DNA of 64,000 bases from Balanoglossus misakiensis (lineage: Eukaryota; Animalia; Hemichordata). The translations under genes were made by a program, and so were the position numbers. The notes under the pieces are model-generated. The model was not told where the DNA came from and made no database searches. It worked only from the letters and a program-made list of their open reading frames with translations. This document shows positions 12,701 to 25,620 of the stretch, in pieces. The stretch covers positions 6,646,791 to 6,710,790 of the forward strand of contig CM082596.2 in NCBI GenBank assembly GCA_040954595.2. Direction: 5' to 3'. Positions within the stretch are counted from its first letter, which is position 1. Each line of letters starts with the position of its first letter.

Positions 12701-12862
12701 GGCGTTCAAAAGAGAGTACTGGACGTGGCGAGCTCGCTGGGACTTTCAAATGTTGTGATGCGAATGACAGAAAAAAGGGCGTTTTACGACAAGTTTATTT
12801 TATACGGCGGTATGATTGTCACGTGCATAGCAATGTTCCTCATTTATAAATATTTAGCGTGA
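9713..12862 (+). CDS. GOSR2: Golgi SNAP receptor complex member 2 (membrin/GS27, Qb-SNARE), complete, 212 aa
   Basis: Six GT-AG exons: 9713-9741, 10459-10523, 10984-11092, 11602-11734, 12274-12414, 12701-12862 (639 nt). [10 protein letters not shown]...[23 protein letters not shown]...SRTFTTN...[30 protein letters not shown], with a C-terminal TM anchor. Confidence 0.97.
10596..10810 (+). repeat. Imperfect ~110-bp direct duplication in GOSR2 intron 2
   Basis: ggttcacacacat.catttgaaacg...tctcaggt.aatactggcataaattct occurs twice. Confidence 0.7.
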
Positions 12863-13371
12863 TTGTCTTTGATTCTGCTCTCCAAGCGCACAGATTTGTT
12901 AATGAAAGAGTTTGGATGCGATCGCTTGAAATGACACTTTACATGAGAGATAGACCCTCTATGAAGACTTTCATTCATATGTATGTCGAACAAACTGAGT
13001 CTTGCGATGTCCGACGCCATCTTTGCGTTGTACATACTGGCATTTTTTTTATGATGACTGGGTTGAAAGAAGCGTGATTTAACAAGATCAAAAATGTGCC
13101 AAATGTAACAAAATTTATCACCAGTTCTGCTGTACATGTACTTGGGTCCGGAATGATACTCGCTTCAGTCGACCAATACCTGAAAAGCCTGTCTTCATGT
13201 TCACATCTACAGTTGCGAATTAATGTACACTACATTACACTACACTTTTTTGTGATTATCGAAGGAGATAATAGTTAAGTCAATACTAGTAAATCTCAGG
13301 CAGTTGAATCATCAGCATGCCACTGTGCAATATTGTTGTTTTTCTGTTGAAAATGCATACTGATGTTAATG

Positions 13372-13651
13372 TTTTATTCTTATTACGAGTTCTTTTAAAC
13401 AAGAACCAACTGTGTGTACATTGGAATTACTTTATTCTACTCTCTTTGCCATATTTCTGCAGTTCCGCAAACAGGCCTGTCAGAATTTATCAGCATTTCA
13501 GCAGCAATTTTAGTGGTGTATGTTTTTTATACCATGAGAAGAAACACAGCATCGCTCAAGCTTTTATCAAGACTGTAATTATACTCAATCCTTATTCTTA
13601 TGAAAGTAAAATGAATAAAGAAAGTTCGCTTCCAAATGAACATCTTGTGTG
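13372..13651 (+). repeat. Module U, left copy; inverted homologue at 52827-53115
   Basis: Shared strings such as aaacaagaaccaact.tgtgtacatt, ctctctttgccatattt, ttttatcaagactgtaattatactcaatccttatt, aaaatgaataaagaaa. ORF-track peptides at 13317 and 52839 share FIKTVIILNPYS. Confidence 0.9.
13614..13619 (+). terminator. Candidate GOSR2 polyadenylation signal
   Basis: AATAAA followed about 25 nt later by the GT-rich tract ttgtgtgagtgt. Confidence 0.5.
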
Positions 13652-15785
13652 AGTGTAACATGTGTAATGAAGTTAGTGCCTATATAATATAAGCACCATA
13701 GTCGCCTATAAGTCGCCTCGTCACTGATGTTGCAATCTGCCCTCCCCTCCCTGCTAGAATATCATGTGCATGTCCCTAGCCGAATTTAATAGTTATAATT
13801 TAACGTCGCGAGACAGTTCCTTCTTGAAAAACAAAAATTGTCTGAAGCATTATTATTCTGGTTCATATTGAACAATCTGGTGTGGGTGAATATGCTAATT
13901 GTTACGAGCATGCTAATTGTTTTACATGTAATGAGTTGTTTGTTAAATACCCGATGGGGGCGCTGCACGGGTCAAAGGTCAACTGTCATGGCTGCCATTC
14001 ACCTGGTGATGGTACTGGTGTTTCTGCGTTGTAAAACTCGTATGGTAGCAGAGCTAAATGCCTGAGGCAAGTAAAAATATTTGCCTTAGGACTTACTTGG
14101 TACTCTCCACCATGTGTGTTGGATATAACGACTTAGAATAAGTGGGCGGGCCAGAGCGAGACCGTCTGAAATGTACATGTGCGTACGTGCAACTAACATC
14201 GACCGAGTTACGTAACAGTCTGGACACGAGGACAGCCCGGCCACCCACATGGAGAGGACGCTAAGCCATCAGAAAAAAATAGGGTAAGATGTTACTATGT
14301 CTTTAATTTATATAAGTCTCATCGTAGCCGTAGTGCAATTGTGTAGTTCTGGGGTTTGTGGTCGGACAGCAAAACTATATTTTTTCGTGGAGGGGCTAAA
14401 TTGGCTTGTGTGTTGTTGTTGTTGTGTGTTTTTTTTTTTGGGGGGGGGGGGAGTGAAATGATATTTTTAACTATTGGCCAACAATAGCATTACAACTTTT
14501 GGCACCTCGTAATTATGATAAGTTTAAAGTACATATATCAAGTTTTGTACTCTTTCTGTTAAGTGGCACATGTACATGAGTTTTCCACTATTTACCAACA
14601 GCGACTAGCATGGCAACTTTTGGGACCTCGCAATTATAATTAGTTTAAAGTATCAAGTTGTGTACTTTTGCCTGTTTAGTGGCACATGTACACAAGTTTT
14701 TCACAATTGGCCAACAGTTACTAGCATTGTAACTTTTGGCACCTAACGATTATGATTAGTTTAAAGTATGAAGTTGTGTACTTTTGCCTGTTAAGTGGCA
14801 CATGTACATAAGTTTTTCACAATTGGCCAACAGCAACCAGCATTGCAACTTTTGGGACCTCGCGATTATTAAAGTATCAAGTTGTGTACTTTTGCCTGTT
14901 AAGTGGCACATGTACACGAGTTTTTCATTATTGGCCAAAAGCAACTAGCACAGAACTTTTTGTGTACTTGTTTCAATAGATGAAAAACGGTTCCGAAAGA
15001 TTACAAAATTTTGGATATTTTTCTTGGAAAAGCAAAACAAAAAGAATACATATAGTGTAATCTTTTGAACATCAAAATATCTGTATTTAATGAATTTCAC
15101 CTTCGGATATCTAACATGCACGTTCCAGGGGTTTTCTCTCAATCTGTTATTTGAAAATGTATGGGAAAGTATGTGTTTGTCGTTTGTTTCTCAAGCACTC
15201 AAATTAAGCACACTGACACCTGGTAAATGATTTTGAGCCTTCAGGTCAGAGTTCCAAATGTGAAGAGACAGAAGAGGATAGAGGTTGCCAGCAGAGATGA
15301 TAATATATTTCCAGGTATGTATGGATACTGTGTTTCCGACATAAATGATGTTGTGCATTTTCCTTGTATGAAAACATATTGCAGAGTATGTGTTCGTCGT
15401 TTTTGTTTCTCAAGAACTCAAATCAAGCACACTGACACCTGGTATTTGATTTTGAGCCTTCAGGTCAGAGCTCCAAATGTGAAGAGACAGAAGAGGACAG
15501 AGGTTGCCAGCAGAGATGATTTTGACAAGTTCATTCATGAAGAATGAAAGGTGGATGGCAGCTGAGACCAACTGTTTCCCGGAGAGACTCCATCAGTGAA
15601 CAGAGAGAGAAAAGGTTTGAATAATTTTAGCATTCAATAGTACAAGCCAGCATGATCTTTCAGAGAATGTTTATTGAAAACTGAAACTTCCATGGTTGAA
15701 ATGCCAAACTTTACATTGAAAATTGTTTTGTTCTAGACATGCACAAACCATGACAAGCCCCTTTGAGTTGAGTGTACTTTTGCTT

Positions 15786-17615
15786 GTACTTTTGCCTGTT
15801 AAGTGGCACATGTACACAAATCTTTCACTATTGGCCAACAATGACTGGCGTGGCAACTTCTAGAATCACAGGATTTTGAACAGTTTCCAATAGTGTACTC
15901 TTGCCTGTTAAGTGGCACATGTACACAAATCTTTCACTATTGGCCAACAATGACTGGCGTGGCAACTTCTAGAATCACAGGATTTTGAACAGTTTCCAAT
16001 AGTGTACTCTTGCCTGTTAAGTGGCACATGTACACAAATCTTTCACTATTGGCCAACAACGACTAGCTTGGCAACTTCTAGAATCACAGGATTTTGAACA
16101 GTTTCCAATAGTGTACTCTTGCCTGTTAAGTGGCACATGTACACAAATATTACACTATTGGCCAACAACGACTGGCATGGCAACTTCTAGAATAACAGGA
16201 TTTTGAACAGTTTCCAATAGTGTACTCTTGCCTGTTAAGTGGCACATGTACACAAATCTTTCACTATTGGCCAACAACGACTAGCTTGGCAACTTCTAGA
16301 ATCACAGGATTTTGAACAGTTTCCAATAGTGTACTCTTGCCTGTGAAGTGGCACATGTACACAAATATTACACTATTGGCCAACAACGACTGGCATGGCA
16401 ACTTCTAGAATCACAGGATTTTGAACAGTTTCCAATAGCGTACTCTTGCCTGTTAAGTGGCACATGTACACAAATCTTTCACTATTGGCCAACAACGACT
16501 GGCATGGCAACTTCTAGAATCACAGGAATTTGAACAGTTTCCAATAGTGTACTTTTGCCTGTTAATTGGCACATGTACACAAATCTTTCACTATTGGCCA
16601 ACAACGACTAGCTTGGCAACTTCTAGAATCACAGGATTTTGAACAGTTTCCAATAGTGTACTCTTGCCTGTTAAGTGGCACATGTACACAAATATTACAC
16701 TATTGGCCAACAACGACTGGCATGGCAACTTCTAGAATAACAGGATTTTGAACAGTTTCCAATAGCGTACTCTTGCCTGTTAAGTGGCACATGTACACAA
16801 ATCTTTCACTATTGGCCAACAACGACTGGCATGGCAACTTCTAGAATCACAGGAATTTGAACAGTTTCCAATAGTGTACTTTTGCCTGTTAATTGGCACA
16901 TGTACACAAATCTTTCACTATTGGCCAACAATGACTGGCATGGCAACTTCTTGAATCACAGGATTTTGAACAGTTTCCAATAGTGTACTCTTGCCTGTTA
17001 AGTGGCACATGTACACAAATCTTTCACTATTGGCCAACAACGATTGGCATGGCAACTTTAAGAATCACATGATTTTCAACTGTTTCCAATTGTGTACTCT
17101 TGTCTCTAAAGTGACACATGTACACAAATATTTCACTATTGGCCAACAACGACTGGCATGGCAACTTCTAGAATCACAGGATTTTGAACAGTTTCCAATA
17201 GTGTACTTTTGTCTGCTAAGTGGCACATGTACACAAATTATTCACCATTGGCCAACAGCAACTAGCTATGCAACTTTTGGAATCACACGTTTTCAACTGT
17301 TTCCAATCGTGTACTTTTGTCTGCTAAGTGGCACATGTACACAAATTATTCACCATTGGCCAACAGCGACTAGCTTTGCCACTTTTGGAATCACACGTTT
17401 TCAACTGTTTCCAATCGTGTACTTTTGTCTGCTAAGTGGCACATGTACACAAATTATTCACCATTGGCCAACAGCGACTAGCATGGCAACTTTTAGAATC
17501 ACAGGTTTTTCAAGGTTAGTTGACACATGTACAAAAGTTTGTGTTTGCTATAGGCCAACAGCGACTAGCATATCAACTTTTACATCTCAGGATTTTGAAC
17601 AGTTTCTAATTGTGT
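15786..17615 (+). repeat. 109-bp tandem satellite
   Basis: Unit TGTACTCTTGCCTGTTAAGTGGCACATGTACACAAATCTTTCACTATTGGCCAACAACGACTGGCATGGCAACTTCTAGAATCACAGGATTTTGAACAGTTTCCAATAG. ORF-track starts are spaced 109 bp apart. Confidence 0.95.
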
Positions 17616-18686
17616 AGTGATAAATTTTTTATCACAGAACTTATTGTGGACTTGTAATAAATGGATGAAAAACAGTTCTGGAAGATTACACAATTTTGGA
17701 TACTTTTCTTGAAAAAACACAGCTAAAAGAATAGTCATAGTGTGAAATTTTTTGAACATTGAAACATCTGTTTTGTAATCAATTGCACCTTTTGATACCT
17801 AACATGCATGTTCCAGGAATTTTCTCTCAGTCTGTTTTGTGTAAATGTATGGTATGGTGAAAGTGCCGGTATGTGTTTGTCATTTTTGTTTCTCGAGCAG
17901 ACAAGTCAAGCACACTGACACCTGGTATTTGATTTTGAGCCTTCAGGTCAGAGCTCGAAATTTGAAGAGACAGAAGAGGACAGAGGTTGCCAGCAGAGAT
18001 GATATGGACAAGTTGGTTTAGGAAGACCAAAAGGTGATGGCAGCTGAGAACAAGTGTTGCCCAAAGAGACACCAACAAAGAACAGAGAGATAAAAGGTGT
18101 GAATAATTTAAGCATTCTATAGTACAAGCCTGCGTGATCTTTCTGAGAATGTGTATTTAAAACTGAAACTTCCATGATTGAAATGCCCTACTTTACAGTG
18201 AAAATTGTTTTGTTCTAGAAGTGCACAAAACATAAGCCCCTGGGAGCAGCTGCTGTCTTCTCCACATTCTTAGACACAAAACAAAACAAATTTGTGAAAA
18301 TTCTAAAATGCAAAACCACAGTAGCATGTATTCTTATGATGGGAAAAATGAAGGCTGCACACATTTATTAACTTGTTCTTATTTAAAGTACAGCAACAAT
18401 TAGAGGTTGATGTGCTTCTGTGTACCATTAGCCTCTTGAAGTGACCAACCTTAGTTCATAAATCAAATCATAAAATAATAAAGGTAATACAAAAGTGGCA
18501 GCTCATAGAGCCTTTTTTTTGTGATTCAATACTTGGACAGGTAATGCGATTGGTGCTTTGAATTATTCCCAAAACAATTGCTGAGCTACTTGCACTGCCA
18601 TTGTTGATTATTGTAATTGCATACAAGTTGGAGGTTTTCGGCATCCACTGTCTGTCTGTCTGTCTGTCTATCTGATTGCTTGTCCA

Positions 18687-18782
18687 TGTATGTATGTATG
18701 TATGTATGTATGTATGTATGTATGTATGTATGTATGTATGTATGTATGTATGTATGTATGTATGTATGTATGTATGTATGTA
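18687..18782 (+). repeat. (TATG)n microsatellite; further copies at about 20186-20285 and 20876-20928
   Basis: Direct inspection. Confidence 0.95.
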
Positions 18783-18914
18783 TAAACAAATTTGTGTGTG
18801 TGTATTTGAGGGATGTTCTTGTAGTGATTGATGTTTAAAACTTCTGGTCAAAGTATAAAAGTCAATTTTTTTTGAAGGGAGGGTTAAAGTGAAATGTATA
18901 CACAATTGTTTTAC

Positions 18915-20245
18915 TTTCGCCAACAGCGACTAGCATGTCAACTTTTGGAACCTCATGATTATGATTTGTTTATAATATCAAGTTGTGTACTTTTGCCTGT
19001 TAAGTGGCACATGTACATAAGTTTTCCACTATTGGCCAACAGTTACTAGCATTGTAACTTTTGGTACCTCGTGATTATGATTATTTTAAAGTATGAAGTT
19101 GTGTACTTTTGCCTGTTAAGTGGCACATGTACATAAGTTTTCCACTATTGGCCAACAGTTACTAGCATTGTAACTTTTGGTACCTCGTGATTATGATTAT
19201 TTTAAAGTATGAAGTTGTGTACTTTTGCCTGTTAAGTGGCACATGTACATAAGTTTTCCACTATTGGCCAACAGTTACTAGCATTGTAACTTTTGGTACC
19301 TCGTGATTATGATTATTTTAAAGTATGAAGTTGTGTACTTTTGCCTGTTAAGTGGCACATGTACATAAGTTTTCCACTATTGGCCAACAGTTACTAGCAT
19401 TGTAACTTTTGGTACCCCGTGATTATGATTATTTTAAAGTATCAAGTTGTGTACTTTTGCCTGTAAGTGGCACATGTACACAAGTTTTTCACTATTGGCC
19501 AACAGTTACTAGCATTGTTACTGTTGGTACCTCGCGATTATGATTTGTTTAAAGTCTGAAGTTGTGTACTTTTGCCTGTTAAGTGGCACATGTACATAAG
19601 TTTTCCACTATTGGCCAACAGTTACTAGCATTGTAACTGTTGGTACCTCGTGATTATGATTTGTGTAAAGTCTGAAGTTGTGTACTTTTGCCTGTTAAGT
19701 GGCACATGTACATAAGTTTTCCACTATTGGCCAACAGTTACTAGCATTGTAACTGTTGGTACCTCGTGATTATTATTTGTGTAAAGTATGAAGTTGTGTA
19801 CTTTTGTCTGTTAAGTGGCACATGTACATATGTTTTCCACTATTGGCCAACAGTTACTAGCATTGTAACTGTTGGTACCTGGTGATTATGATTTGTGTAA
19901 AGTATGAAGTTGTGTACTTTTGTCTGTTAAGTGGCACATGTACATATGTTTTCCACTATTGGACAACAGTTACTAGCATTGTAACTTTTGGTACTTTGCG
20001 ATTATGATTTGTTTAAAGTCTGAAGTTGTGTACTTTTGCCTGTTAAGTGGCACATGTACATAAGTTTTTCACACTTGGCCAACAGTTACTACCATTGTAA
20101 CTGTTGGTATCTTGCGATTATGATAAGTTGCGTAATTGTGCCTATTTAGTTGTACATAACCATGTACCTACAGCAACAAGTACAGTATGTATGTATGTAT
20201 GTATGTATGCATGTATGTATGTATGTATGTATGTATGTATGTATG

Positions 20246-20279
<34 letters not shown>

Positions 20280-20830
20280 TGTATGAATAAACAAATTTGT
20301 GTGTGTGTATTTGAGGGATGTTCTTGTAGTGATTGATGTGTAAAACTACTGGTCAAAGTATCAAAGTCAATTTTTTTGAAGGGGGTTGAATGTGATATGT
20401 ATACATAATTTTTTTACTTTCGCCAACGGCAACTAGCATGTCAACTTTTGGAACCTCATGATTATTATTTGTTTATAATATCAAGTTGTGTACTTTTGCC
20501 TGTTAAGTGGCACATGATGTACACAAGTTTTTCACTATTGGCCAACAGTTACTAGCATTGTAACTTTTGGTACCTCGTGATTATGATTATTTTAAAGTAT
20601 GAAGTTGTGTACTTTTGCCTGTTAAGTTGCACATGTACATAAGTTTTTCACAATTGGCCAACAGTTACTAGCATTGTAACTTTTGGTACCTCGTGATTAT
20701 GATTATTTTAAAGTATGAAGTTGTGTACTTTTGCCTGTTAAGTGGCACATGTACATAAGTTTTTCACAATTGGCCAACAGTTACTAGCATTGTAAATTTT
20801 GGTATGTTGCGATTATGATAAGTTGAGTAA
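18915..20830 (+). repeat. 116-bp tandem satellite (two blocks separated by a duplicated microsatellite/spacer module)
   Basis: Period measured 19021 to 19137. Shares the core TGTACTTTTGCCTGTTAAGTGGCACATGTAC...CACTATTGGCCAACAG with the 109-bp unit. Confidence 0.92.
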
Positions 20831-21759
20831 TTTTGCCTATTAAGTTGTACATAACCATGTAACTACAGCAACAAGTATGTATGTATGTATGTATGTATGT
20901 AAGTATGTATGTATGTATGTATGTATGTACCTGTGTGTGTTTATGTGGGAGGGAGGGAGGGAGGGAGGATATGTATATACAGTCACAAAAAATTATTCCA
21001 ATCATCATTTAATAGCCACAACTTTATTTCTGGATAACCCAACACAGACTTTGTTGTGATGTAACAAAAGTATCAAGTTGTGTACTCTTGCCTGTTAAGT
21101 GGCACATGTACATAAATCTTACACTATTGGCATACAGCGACTAACATGGCAACTTTTAGCAACTAAGGATTTTGTGTTCTTTATCCTGTGAAATGGCACA
21201 TTTACAGTAAATCTACTTTTTGCCTACAGTTAACATGTACCAGTACGTGTATGTGTGTTGTGTTTGGTCGGATGGGTAGATAGATGGATGGTTGGATGTC
21301 TTTTTACAGTCACAAAACTGCATTATTCGTTGCATCGTTTAGCCATAATTCTGCCAAAGCTCTTTTCTGCATTTCCTGGCACCCAACTATTGCTGATACC
21401 CATGAGTCCCAACTGTTAACATCGTGTTCTCTTTTTCATTTTTAGTAGGTGTTTTTTTACAGCCATCCTGGCATGTGTGTGTGAAATGATCAACAATTGT
21501 TTCATCTAAGAAGCCAAAGGACAAGCTGGACCCCAGAAATGAAGTATTTCACTGATCACTTTTATGACTTGTACATGAAGTCATAGGACGATAGGAAAAA
21601 CTAATTGTCCAGTTTGCTTTCCTCAGCTCAATTTGCTGCATGTAAGTACAAATTAAATCTTTGTATCAACTTTAAACACAAGCATTGTTTGCCTTACCTC
21701 TGGTATCAGCTTTGTAACAGGGTTAGAAAAATTGATGTGTCCAGATAGTGTAATCCTAG

Positions 21760-24700
21760 GATTATGGTCAGGTTTAGTAATGAGTATCGAGTTGTGTCCT
21801 TTTCACTGTGAAGTGGCATGTGTTCACAAATCTTAAACTATTAGCCAACAGTTACAAGCATTGCAACTTTTAGCATCTAAGGATTATGGTCAGTTTTAAT
21901 AATGAGTATTGGGTTGTGTACTTGTGTCTGTGAAGTGGCATGTGTTCACAAATCTTAAACTATTAGCCAACAGTTACAAGCATTGCAACTTTTAGCATCT
22001 AAGGATTATGGTCAGTTTTAATAATGAGTATCGAGTTGTGTCCATTTGCCTGTCAAGTGGCATGTGTACACAAATCTTAAACTATTCGCCAACAGTTACT
22101 AGCATTGCAACTGTTAGCATCTTAGGATTTTGGTCAGTTTTAATAATGAGTATCGAGTTGTGTCCATTTGCCTGTCAAGTGGCATGTGTACACAAATCTT
22201 AAACTATTCGCCAACAGTTACTAGCATTGCAACTGTTAGCATCTTAGGATTATGGTCAGTTTTAATAATGAGTATCGAGTTGTGTCCATTTGCCTGTCAA
22301 GTGGCATGTGTACACAAATCTTAAACTATTCGCCAACAGTTACTAGCATTGCAACTTTTAGCATCTTAGGATTTTGGTCAGTTTTAATAATGAGTATCGA
22401 GTTGTGTCCATTTGCCTGTCAAGTGGCATGTGTACACAAATCTTAAACTATTCGCCAACAGTTACTAGCATTGCAACTGTTAGCATCTTAGGATTTTGGT
22501 CAGTTTTAATAATGAGTATCGAGTTGTGTCCATTTGCCTGTCAAGTGGCATGTGTACACAAATCTTAAACTATTCGCCAACAGTTACTAGCATTGCAACT
22601 GTTAGCATCTTAGGATTATGGTCAGTTTTAATAATGAGTATCGAGTTGTGTCCATTTGCCTGTCAAGTGGCATGTGTACACAAATCTTAAACTATTCGCC
22701 AACAGTTACTAGCATTGCAACTGTTAGCATCTTAGGATTTTGGTCAGTTTTAATAATGAGTATCGAGTTGTGTCCATTTGCCTGTCAAGTGGCATGTGTA
22801 CACAAATCTTAAACTATTAGCCAACAGTTACTAGCATTGCAACTGTTAGCATCTTAGGATTATGGTCAGTTTTAATAATGAGTATCGAGTTGTGTCCATT
22901 TGCCTGTCAAGTGGCATGTGTACACAAATCTTACACTATTCGCCAACAGTTACTAGCATTGCAACTGTTAGCATCGTAGGATTTTGGTCAGTTTTAATAA
23001 TGAGTATCGAGTTGTGTACTTGTGTCTGTGAAGTGGCATGTGTACACAAATCGGAAACTATTAGCCAACAATTACTAGCATTGCAACTTTTAGCATCTTA
23101 AAATTATGGTCTGTTTTAATAATGAGTATCGAGTTGTGTCCATTTGCCTGTGAAGTGACTCTGTACACAAATCTTAAAGTTTTAGCCAACAGTTACTAGC
23201 ATTGCAACTTTTAGCATCTTAGGATTATGGTCAGTTTTAATAATGAGTATCGAGTTGTGTCCATTTGCCTGTGAAGTGACTCTGTACACAAATCTTAAAC
23301 TTTTAGCCAACAGTTACTAGCATTGCAACTTTTAGCATCTTAGGATTATGGTCAGTTTTAATAATGAGTATCGAGTTGTGTCCATTTGCCTGTGAAGTGG
23401 CATGTGTACACAAATCTTAAACTATTCGCCAACAGTTACTAGCATTGCAACTTTTAGCATCTTAGGATTATGGTCAGTTTTAATTAATAATGAGTATCGA
23501 GTTGTGTCCATTTGCCTGTGAAGTGACTCTTTACACAAATCTTAAACTATTATCCAAAAGTTACTAACATTGCAACTTCTAGCATCTTAGGATTATGGTC
23601 AGTTTTAATAATGAGTATCAAGTTGTGTACTTGTGTCTGTCAAGTGGCATGTGTACACAAATCTTAAACTATTAGCCAACAGTTACTAGCATTGCAACTT
23701 TTAGCATCTTAGGATTTTGGTCAGTTTTAATAATGAGTATCGAGTTGTGTACTTTTGTCTGTGAAGTGGCATGTGTACACAAATCTTAAACTATACGCCA
23801 ACAGTTACTAGCATTGCAACTTTTAGCATCTTAGGATTATGGTCAGTTTTAATAATGAGTATCGAGTTGTGACCATTTGCCTGTGAAGTGACTCTTTACA
23901 CAATTAAACTATTATCCAACAGTTACTAGCATTGCAACTATTAGCGTCTTAGGATTATGGTCAGTTTTAATAATGAGCATCGAGTTGTGTCCATTTGCCT
24001 GTGAAGTGACTCTTTACACAAATCTTAAACTATTATCCAACAGTTACTAGCATTGCAACTATTAGCGTCTTAGGATTATGGTCAGTTTTAATAATGAGCA
24101 TCGAGTTGTGTCCATTTGCCTGTGAAGTGACTCTGTACACAAATCTTAAACTTTTAGCCAACAGTTACTAGCATTGCAACTTTTAGCATCTTAGGATTAT
24201 GGTCAGTTTTAATAATGAGTATCGAGTTGTGTACTTGTGTCTGTGAAGTGGCATGTGTACACAAATCTTAAACTATTATCCAACAGTTACTAGCATTGCA
24301 ACTTCTAGCATCTTAGGATTATGGTCAGTTTTAATAATGAGTATCGAGTTGTGTACTTTTGTCTGTGAAGTGGCATGTGTACACAAATCTTAAACTATAC
24401 GACAACAGTTACTAGCATCGCAACTTTTAGCATCTTAGGATTTTGGTCAGTTTTAATAATGAGCATCGAGTTGTGTCCATTTGCCTGTGAAGTGGCATGT
24501 GTACACAAATCTTAAACTATTAGCCAATAGTTACTAGCATTGCAACTTTTAGCATCTTAGGATTATCTTCAGTTTTAATAATGAGTGTCGAGTTGTGTCC
24601 ATTTGCCTGTGAAGTGGCATGTGTACACAAATCTTAAACTATTCGCCAACAGTTACTAGCATTGCAACTTTTAGCATCTTAGGATTATGGTCAGTTTTAA

Positions 24701-25620
24701 TAATGAGTGTCGAGTTGTGTCCATTTGCCTGTGAAGTGGCATGTGTACACAAATCTTAAACTATTCGCCAACAGTTACTAGCATTGCAACTTTTAGCATC
24801 TTAGGATCATGGTCAGTTTTAATAATGAGTATCGAATTGTGTCCATTTGCCTGTGAAGTGGCATGTGTACACAATTAAACTATTATCCAACAGTTACTAG
24901 CATTGCAACTATTAGCGTCTTAGGATTATGGTCAGTTTTAATAATGAGCATCGAGTTGTGTCCATTTGCCTGTGAAGTGACTCTTTACACAAATCTTAAA
25001 CTATTATCCAACAGTTACTAGCATTGCAACTATTAGCGTCTTAGGATTATGGTCAGTTTTAATAATGAGCATCGAGTTGTGTCCATTTGCCTGTGAAGTG
25101 ACTTTGTACACAAATCTTAAACTTTTAGCCAACAGTTACTAGCATTGCAACTTCTAGCATCTTAGGATTATGGTCAGTTTTAATAATGAGTATCGAGTTG
25201 TGGCCATTTGCCTGTGAAGTGGCATGTGTACACAAATCTTAAACTATTCGCCAACAGTTACTAGCATTGCAACTTTTAGCATCTTAGGATTATGGTCAGT
25301 TTTAATAATGAGTGTCGAGTTGTGTCCATTTGCCTGTGAAGTGGCATGTGTACACAAATCTTAAACTATTCGCCAACAGTTACTAGCATTGCAACTTTTA
25401 GCATCTTAGGATTATGGTCAGTTTTAATAATGAGTATCGAGTTGTGTCCATTTGCCTGTGAAGTGGTACATGCATGCAAATTTTTCACTAATGGCGAACA
25501 GTTACTAGCATTGCAACTTCTAGCATCTTAGGATTATGGTCAGTTTTAATAATGAGTATCCAGTTGTGTACTCTTGCCAGTGAAGTGGCACATGTAGACA
25601 ATGTTTCTCACTTTTGGCCT
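21760..25620 (+). repeat. 122-bp tandem satellite (about 31 copies, some 121-bp variants)
   Basis: ORF-track starts at 22008, 22130, 22252 and so on. Unit contains GAGTATCGAGTTGTGTCCATTTGCCTGT.AAGTGGCATGTGTACACAAATCTTAAACTATT.GCCAACAGTTACTAGCATTGCAAC. Confidence 0.95.

Larger units (their letters stand above)
13920..25620 (+). repeat. Left arm of the giant inverted duplication (module A, 116-type units, module C, 109-bp array, C copy, microsatellite plus 116-bp arrays, module E, 122-bp array)
   Basis: The same modules appear as reverse complements in mirrored order at 40610-45025. Confidence 0.88.
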
